From Bdellovibrionales bacterium (GTDB lineage: Bacteria > Bdellovibrionota > Bdellovibrionia > Bdellovibrionales > DASUEL01), in assembly GCA_050250255.1 (NCBI GenBank), contig JBFWOZ010000006.1, positions 1 to 64,000 on the forward strand: 64,000 nucleotides of DNA. Direction: 5' to 3'. This document shows, piece after piece, positions 58,330 through 64,000 of the stretch; position 1 is the first letter of the stretch, and the number at the start of each line of letters is the position of its first letter. Made by a program: the position numbers and the translations under genes. The notes beneath the pieces were generated by a model. The model had not been told where the DNA came from, made no database searches, and saw only the letters and a list, made by a program, of their open reading frames with translations.

Positions 58330-60543
58330 ATGAAGAGACCACCTTTCACTCCAGAAGTTAGCTTTGAGCAATTGACGCGGGCGAACAAAGAGCTTTCACG
58401 GCTAGTGGCCGAAAAAGATGCAGTGGCAGAACGCCTTCGGGAGTCTCAGAGCTTTCTGGATTCCGTTATCGAGCACCTTCCCAATATGATTTTTGTGAAA
58501 GACGCTCTGGAGCTCCGCTTTGTACGCTTCAATAAAGCGGGTGAGGAGCTTTTAGGACAAGCTCGAGAGAATTTGATCGGAAAAAATGATTATGATCTTT
58601 TTCCAAAAGATCAGGCCGACTTCTTCACTGAAAAAGACCGGACCGTCCTGATGGATAAAATCGTCGTCGATATTCCCGAAGAGTCTATTTCGACGCCTAA
58701 GGGCACCCGCATTCTCCATACTCGCAAAATTCCGTTGTTCGATAAAAACGGTGTTCCACAGTACCTTTTAGGGATTTCTGAAGACATCACTGAGAAAAAA
58801 GAGAGCGAACTCCAAAAACTCGAACTCCTCCAGTCAGAACTTGCTCGTCAGGAGGCAGAAAGAAGCGCCTCACGCCTTTCCTTTTTGGCCGAAGCCAGCG
58901 CTGCCCTTAATGAATCTCTAGAAACAGAATACATGTTAAGCACGTTTGCCAATTCACTGATTCAGAACATGGCGGGCTGGTGCCTTATCGATATTTACTC
59001 TGCAAAAGATCAAACCATAAAGCGACTCGCTACGTGGAAGACGGAGGTTCATTTTTCGCCAATTCCACCACACAGTTTTTTAAAACATAAAATTGATAAA
59101 TTAACGACCGGTGGTGTTCTCGACGTTCTTCAAACAGGTCAACCCAAGCTTTACAAAACGCTCTCTTCTAAACTTCTCCGACAACTCACTTTTAACAATG
59201 CCTCACTGAATGAAGCCATATTGAAAAAGAAGATTCCATCCGCTATTATTGTTCCATTAATTTATCATGGCTCAACCCTTGGAGCGATCACGCTCTTCTC
59301 ACAAGATTCGGAACATATTTATAATGAACTTGATCTTTCCATTGCTCAAGATTTGGCTCGCAGGGCATCTCTGGCGATTGAAAATACCAAACTATATGCT
59401 CGCGCCAATGAGGCGAGTCGGGCGAAGAGTGCGTTTTTAGCAAACATCAGCCACGAAATCCGCACTCCTTTAAGTGCGATGCTTGGTTTTGCAGAACTCG
59501 CGCTCGACAATGATCGTCCCATGGCAGAACAAAAACGGTACGTTTCAAAAATTGTTGAGAATGGAACGCAACTGCTTCAACTCGTAAACGAGGTGTTAGA
59601 TCTGTCGAAAGTAGAATCCTCTCAACTACAAGTTGAAAAAATTGAATTTTCGCTTTCTAAACTTCTTGACGATGTCACGTCCCTCTTGCAAGTGAAGGCG
59701 AACGAGAAAGGTTTGCACTTAATGATTGAGGGAGACTCGACTCTTCCAAACAGCATTATTTCAGACCCCTTTCGTATTCGACAAATTCTTATTAACGTTA
59801 TTGGAAACGCCGTTAAGTTCACATCTAAAGGCTCTGTTCACGTCTCGGTCATGTTTCAAACCGAAAGCGCCTCGAAAGGAACGCTTGTTTTTTCTGTACA
59901 GGATACCGGCATTGGCATCGCACCCATGGAGGCAGAAAAACTTTTCGAACCTTTTCGTCAGGCAGATGAGTCTGTGGCACGCAAATATGGGGGCACGGGC
60001 CTTGGACTGTTTCTCTCACGAAAACTCTCACGGCTCCTCGGAGGAGATCTCAGCTTAGAGTTAAGTGTGCCTCAACAAGGATCTAAATTTAAGCTTACAC
60101 TTCCGGTGGAATATTCAACAAAACGAGCACCTGGAATCCCACCTCAAGATTTGCAGAAACATCCTTGCGATATACAGTCCCTTTCAGGAAAAATTCTTGT
60201 CGTTGAAGATTCCCTAGATAATCAGCTTCTCGTGAAAGCTTTTTTGGAGAAAACAGAAGTTTCTATTGATTTTGCAAACAATGGAAACGAAGGACTTTCA
60301 AAAGCTTTAGCCAATCATTACGATATCGTAATGATGGACATACAAATGCCAGAAATGGACGGCTTTGAAGCTGTGAAACGGCTACGCGATTTAGGTTATC
60401 AAGGATGTGTCGTCGCTTTGACTGCACACGGAATGAAAGGCGATCGAGAGCGCTGTTTAGAGCAGGGCTTTGATGATTATATCTGCAAGCCTTTTAGCCG
60501 TAGCATGCTGACGAACTTTGTAAATCAACATCTCCTCAATTAG
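58330..60543 (+). CDS. Hybrid histidine kinase (PAS-GAF-HisKA-HATPase-REC)
   Basis: FLANISHEIRTPL, NAVKFT, GGTGLGL, MDIQMP. Confidence 0.93.
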   Translation: MKRPPFTPEVSFEQLTRANKELSRLVAEKDAVAERLRESQSFLDSVIEHLPNMIFVKDALELRFVRFNKAGEELLGQARENLIGKNDYDLFPKDQADFFTEKDRTVLMDKIVVDIPEESISTPKGTRILHTRKIPLFDKNGVPQYLLGISEDITEKKESELQKLELLQSELARQEAERSASRLSFLAEASAALNESLETEYMLSTFANSLIQNMAGWCLIDIYSAKDQTIKRLATWKTEVHFSPIPPHSFLKHKIDKLTTGGVLDVLQTGQPKLYKTLSSKLLRQLTFNNASLNEAILKKKIPSAIIVPLIYHGSTLGAITLFSQDSEHIYNELDLSIAQDLARRASLAIENTKLYARANEASRAKSAFLANISHEIRTPLSAMLGFAELALDNDRPMAEQKRYVSKIVENGTQLLQLVNEVLDLSKVESSQLQVEKIEFSLSKLLDDVTSLLQVKANEKGLHLMIEGDSTLPNSIISDPFRIRQILINVIGNAVKFTSKGSVHVSVMFQTESASKGTLVFSVQDTGIGIAPMEAEKLFEPFRQADESVARKYGGTGLGLFLSRKLSRLLGGDLSLELSVPQQGSKFKLTLPVEYSTKRAPGIPPQDLQKHPCDIQSLSGKILVVEDSLDNQLLVKAFLEKTEVSIDFANNGNEGLSKALANHYDIVMMDIQMPEMDGFEAVKRLRDLGYQGCVVALTAHGMKGDRERCLEQGFDDYICKPFSRSMLTNFVNQHLLN

Positions 60544-60630
60544 TCTTCGTCCCTAAATCCCTTTTTTGTTCATAAATCCCTTTTTACCCCTGCCCCTCTG
60601 CGAGGAAGGTCGGTATTTTCTTTTTAAGAG

Positions 60631-60646
60631 CGGTATGTAATGTGCT
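60631..60646 (+). promoter_or_regulatory. sigma54-like promoter
   Basis: CGGTATGTAATGTGCT. Confidence 0.45.
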
Positions 60647-60677
60647 TCATTTTAAAAAAAAAGAGGGAGGCTTTGCC

Positions 60678-60983
60678 ATGCAACAACAGTCAATCCATTC
60701 ACAAAAAACTTATAAAACAACAAACTTAGCTGCAGCTTGTGATAACTGCGGCAACTTCTATAAGAATTCATTTCGTGTCCTTATGCAAAATGAGGAATTT
60801 ATTTTTGACAGCTTTGAATGTGCCATCAATAAACTAGCACCGCGCTGTGAACATTGTAATTCGCGAATTATTGGTCACGGAGTAGAGACGCACTTTGATG
60901 GCGCTGATCATATATTTTGTTGCGGACACTGTGCAGATTCTATGGAAACGTCAGACGTTGTAGATAAATCCTGGGAAGAGTAA
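60678..60983 (+). CDS. Cys-rich metallothionein-like protein
   Basis: CDNCGN..FDSFECAI..LAP.CEHC..IIGHGVE..FCCGHCA; SD GGAGG. Confidence 0.75.
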   Translation: MQQQSIHSQKTYKTTNLAAACDNCGNFYKNSFRVLMQNEEFIFDSFECAINKLAPRCEHCNSRIIGHGVETHFDGADHIFCCGHCADSMETSDVVDKSWEE

Positions 60984-61007
60984 CCCCCCAGGATTTTGAA
61001 TTGTGAA

Positions 61008-61136
61008 TCAATGTCCACGAATAAGAAAAATGAGAAACAAAACACTCGCTGGCACACCAAGGAGCCAGGCAATCAAATAACCAATGCGTCCTTCAATATT
61101 GGATAATCTTTGTAACAATTTATTGTTTTTATCCAT
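61008..61136 (-). CDS. 42-aa single-TM microprotein (not in ORF track)
   Basis: MDKNNKLLQRLSNIEGRIGYLIAWLLGVPASVLFLIFLIRGH; SD GGAGG; own sigma54 motif. Confidence 0.75.
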   Translation of the reverse strand: MDKNNKLLQRLSNIEGRIGYLIAWLLGVPASVLFLIFLIRGH

Positions 61137-61164
61137 TTTTCCCTCCAAACCTAATGAGTGAACT

Positions 61165-61180
61165 AGCAACATAAATGCCG
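61165..61180 (-). promoter_or_regulatory. sigma54 promoter
   Basis: CGGCATTTATGTTGCT. Confidence 0.65.
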
Positions 61181-61265
61181 ACGCGTATCACGTTCAAAGG
61201 CCCATTTTAAACGCCTTGCAGCGTTTTTATGGGACAAAAAGGTACTTCGCATTGGCTAAAATCCC

Positions 61266-61727
61266 CTACCTTGTAGGTGTCACCGTTGGCCCAACACTCA
61301 GTTTGTTTTCTACAGCCGTCACGCCGTTCATTGTGCGTGCGCGTTCAAGAATTCGGTCAGCCTCGCTTTGCGAGTTAACAACTCCCTCAATAATCACACG
61401 ACCACCGGTACTAGTAATGTTCACGTTATTTAAATTGTCCGTAGGGACGTTTGTTCTTAGGTCCTGCATGACTCGTCGGTTGAGTGCTGTATCTTCGGGT
61501 GTTGGCACATACACGTGGGATGTCTGCGGGGGCGGCACCACTTGAGGAAACGGTGTCTGCGGTGTTGAAAGTGTTTGTGGCACCGTCTGAATACCTTGAG
61601 ACGGTGTTGTCTGCAGATTATTTTGTGTGTTCTGCGCTACCTGACGTGTTTCTGTTTTTGCCATGAGTGACGAGCTGAACATCAATACACTTCCAAGAGC
61701 GAAGAAAAAGTTTTTTTTATTAATCAT
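61266..61727 (-). CDS. BON-domain secreted protein
   Basis: Signal peptide; D..L..RV...L, GRV.I.G.V, GV.AV.NKL. Confidence 0.85.
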   Translation of the reverse strand: MINKKNFFFALGSVLMFSSSLMAKTETRQVAQNTQNNLQTTPSQGIQTVPQTLSTPQTPFPQVVPPPQTSHVYVPTPEDTALNRRVMQDLRTNVPTDNLNNVNITSTGGRVIIEGVVNSQSEADRILERARTMNGVTAVENKLSVGPTVTPTR

Positions 61728-61888
61728 ATATTTCTGTCCTTTCTATACAAGATTCATAATCTTCAATGCAAAAAGTGTGATCATCAAAATCAGACGTGGA
61801 AGAACTCCACTCCTGTTTTGTTTTGGGACTTTTTTCCTTATTTTCTATTGTGGTTTGTACGCCTTTTATCTCTCAATCTCAGAGGTTT

Positions 61889-61904
61889 TGGTCTTTGCCT
61901 TGCA
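61889..61904 (+). promoter_or_regulatory. sigma54 promoter
   Basis: TGGTCTTTGCCTTGCA. Confidence 0.55.
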
Positions 61905-61936
61905 CATCTCTGCTGTATAACTGAAAAGGAGATTTC

Positions 61937-62542
61937 ATGACTCAAACAAGTTCAAAAAAATTAATTATTGGGGCTGTGCTTCTGCTTGCACTGTTTTTAA
62001 TTGTTCTTTCAATGCCTCGAGCAAATGCTCAGGGAACATCTGAAACTGTATTCCCATCACCTCGTGCTGTTGAAGCTAACGAATGGCAACCTCATTTTGG
62101 TGTACGTGGTGGTTACTCAAATCCAGACGATAATTTTAATGGAGCCGCAGAGTACGGACTTGAAGCTGGATTTCAGCCTTACGTTCCGTTCGGCGTAGGT
62201 CTTGAGTTTACGCGTTCTGTTTCTGAAAGTTCGGTTTCAAAGCCTGACCTTGAAAGAACAGCGGTTCTCGCAAAAGGAACTTATAACTTTGGAGGAACGC
62301 TTCCTATTATTCGAACCAGTTTCCTGGGATTGGGTTTAGGACCGGTGTTCGATCACAACGACAACAAGGATTCAACACGTCTTGGATTCAACTTACTCGG
62401 TGGATTTGATATCCCTCTAGATGAACAGATGGGTCTTGGACCAAACAGCTTTTCTCTTGGAGCCGTGGCGAACTACTTATTTGTAAGTACCGATGGACCA
62501 GATACTCTTGGTCTCAACGGCACACTAAAATATTGGTTCTAA
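61937..62542 (+). CDS. Outer-membrane beta-barrel protein
   Basis: Signal peptide; C-terminal LKYWF barrel signature. Confidence 0.8.
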   Translation: MTQTSSKKLIIGAVLLLALFLIVLSMPRANAQGTSETVFPSPRAVEANEWQPHFGVRGGYSNPDDNFNGAAEYGLEAGFQPYVPFGVGLEFTRSVSESSVSKPDLERTAVLAKGTYNFGGTLPIIRTSFLGLGLGPVFDHNDNKDSTRLGFNLLGGFDIPLDEQMGLGPNSFSLGAVANYLFVSTDGPDTLGLNGTLKYWF

Positions 62543-62558
62543 TCTAAAAAGAAATTTA

Positions 62559-63095
62559 TTAAGCCCAACGGAGAAATTCGTTGGGCTTTTCTCTTTCTTC
62601 CATGACCGTCTCCCAAACAGCAGATTCATTTAAAGTGTTGATTTCTTGAGCGCCTGTTCTTTCTAAAACATTTTTAGCTAAAACAGTTTGCTGAGATCCT
62701 TCCGTGTGCACCGAAACAAGAATGCCACCACCCTTTACGTAGTGACCATATCTTCGTGACACGCGTTCGGGAGTACCAATACCTACGAGAGTACCGCTAA
62801 CACCCCCATAGATTCCGCCAAACGCTGCTCCTACAAGCGCGTAAGCGAAAACGCCCGTGACCATAAAGGTTAGGCCACCAACAAGAATGATCCCCAGCGC
62901 TCCACCAATCAATAAACCTTCTTTAATAAGATTGATTTCACGGTAAGCCATGTCCTGGTTTTTTTTTGCATTTTTAGGGAACAATACAGAAATCTCAGAA
63001 GAGCCAAATCCCATTCTTCTTAATGCGTGAAGAGCTTTCTTTAGTTCTTCTGTGTTACTATATATTCCAAATGCTGCTGTATTTGTATTTTCCAT
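62559..63095 (-). CDS. General-stress-type membrane protein
   Basis: FGIY..., Gly-zipper TMs, GIGTPE...Y...V.GG.ILVSVH; ATG 63095. Confidence 0.7.
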   Translation of the reverse strand: MENTNTAAFGIYSNTEELKKALHALRRMGFGSSEISVLFPKNAKKNQDMAYREINLIKEGLLIGGALGIILVGGLTFMVTGVFAYALVGAAFGGIYGGVSGTLVGIGTPERVSRRYGHYVKGGGILVSVHTEGSQQTVLAKNVLERTGAQEINTLNESAVWETVMEEREKPNEFLRWA

Positions 63096-63108
63096 AGATA
63101 GTGGTAAG

Positions 63109-63124
63109 AGCAGCATCCGTGCCA
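63109..63124 (-). promoter_or_regulatory. sigma54 promoter
   Basis: TGGCACGGATGCTGCT, 15 nt before ATG. Confidence 0.7.
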
Positions 63125-63367
63125 AAATGAAAATGAAATAAAGTGCACAAAGCCCGCCTACTTCAGTATTTCGAGGCTTTTTTCCACGCTCGATTTTTTT
63201 GCTCAAAGACTTAATGAAACTGACCGTGGTCTTTCCCTTGCATCCCAACTGTGTGGAGTTGCGATTCTTGCTACAGATGGGTTTGAAGAGTCGGAATTAC
63301 TTGAGCCTAAGTCAGCTCTCACAACAAGCCGTATCCCGGAATGCGGCCAATTAAAAAGGAGTTTAAT

Positions 63368-63613
63368 ATGAAAAAAAGAAGCACAAGTAAACAGATCGGT
63401 ACAGAAAATTCTGAACACCACGGACAACCCAAGGATGTTGAACGTCGTTTTAATACACAGCCTTCTCGGGCTGATGAAGAAGATTTTTCTCGATATGCAA
63501 GTGGTGGCGACTATGTCCCCCTCGAGGATGAAGATTTAAATGAAAGAGCACCCGCAAGTGATAAAAAACGCTTCCACCGAACGGGTCAACCCTATCGATC
63601 TCAACACAATTAG
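63368..63613 (+). CDS. Small hydrophilic hypothetical protein
   Basis: SD AAGGAG, ATG 63368, followed by terminator. Confidence 0.65.
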   Translation: MKKRSTSKQIGTENSEHHGQPKDVERRFNTQPSRADEEDFSRYASGGDYVPLEDEDLNERAPASDKKRFHRTGQPYRSQHN

Positions 63614-63625
63614 AACCCATTTCAT

Positions 63626-63653
63626 AAAAAGGCGATGGGAACCATCGCCTTTT
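63626..63653. terminator. Bidirectional Rho-independent terminator
   Basis: AAAAAGGCGATGG-gaa-CCATCGCCTTTT. Confidence 0.85.
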
Positions 63654-63678
63654 ACTTTCTGTAGTACCAAAAAAAGAA

Positions 63679-63954
63679 TTAGTCCTTTTTCAAATCATCA
63701 ACTTTGTCTTTGATTTCATCTTGTGCCTCTTCCACTTTATGCTTTACTTTGTTTTTAGCACACTCCAATTTTCCATTCACCATCTCACACGCCTTATCTT
63801 TTACCTTATGATACGCTTGTTTAGCATTTTTCTTCGCATCTCGACCTGCCTCTTTAACAGTTTCTTTCACAGAGTCTTGAGCAAATGCTGATGATGCGGC
63901 TAAAAGAGCCATGGCGAGAGACAACGCTAGGGTGTTTATGATTTTTTTCATCAA
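63679..63954 (-). CDS. Small secreted helical (LEA/CsbD-like) protein
   Basis: Signal peptide; K/E/A-rich helices; one Cys pair. Confidence 0.7.
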   Translation of the reverse strand: MMKKIINTLALSLAMALLAASSAFAQDSVKETVKEAGRDAKKNAKQAYHKVKDKACEMVNGKLECAKNKVKHKVEEAQDEIKDKVDDLKKD

Positions 63955-64000
63955 TACCTTCTTTCTTTATTTTGGTTATTGAACGATGTGAAGTTACTGC

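Noticed and set aside
61768..63271. sigma54-like strings upstream of the BON gene and gene 63368
   Set aside because: They lack the invariant GG at the correct spacing.
1..64000. CRISPR array, rRNA, tRNA, intact integrase or transposase; the many short antisense ORFs in the track
   Set aside because: No regularly spaced repeats or RNA signatures other than tmRNA were seen; the short ORFs are shadows of well-supported genes.

Overview
64-kb bacterial chromosomal window (genetic code 11, AT-rich), most likely from a Bdellovibrionota-like organism. This is an inference from the tmRNA tag GNEYAMAA, the many secreted hypothetical proteins and dense sigma54/sigma28-type promoters. Gene content is dominated by stress and osmo/desiccation functions: Ku-LigD NHEJ, cyclic beta-1,2-glucan synthase, OtsAB plus GH15 trehalase, a TreS-like GH13, MscS, a Na+/H+ antiporter with an NhaR-like LysR, and BON/YihY/metallothionein-like proteins. 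There are also several two-component systems. A tmRNA gene at 17359-17713 is followed by a decayed integration hot spot (duplicated tmRNA 3' end, HigBA, pseudogenes, two dispersed direct repeats). The most notable unannotated patterns are: (1) about 13 sigma54 -24/-12 motifs, six of them placed so that the mRNA would be essentially leaderless; (2) three normally cytoplasmic enzyme folds (ABC1/UbiB kinase, TreS-like GH13, ParB/Srx-like) carrying signal peptides plus a shared C-x-x-x-L-x-P motif, all under such promoters, making them a candidate effector class; (3) two genes (cgs and a DEAD-box helicase) that apparently must initiate at CTG; (4) a perfect 38-bp palindrome. No CRISPR array, rRNA, tRNA or intact integrase was seen. 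All family calls are by motif recognition, without database searches.
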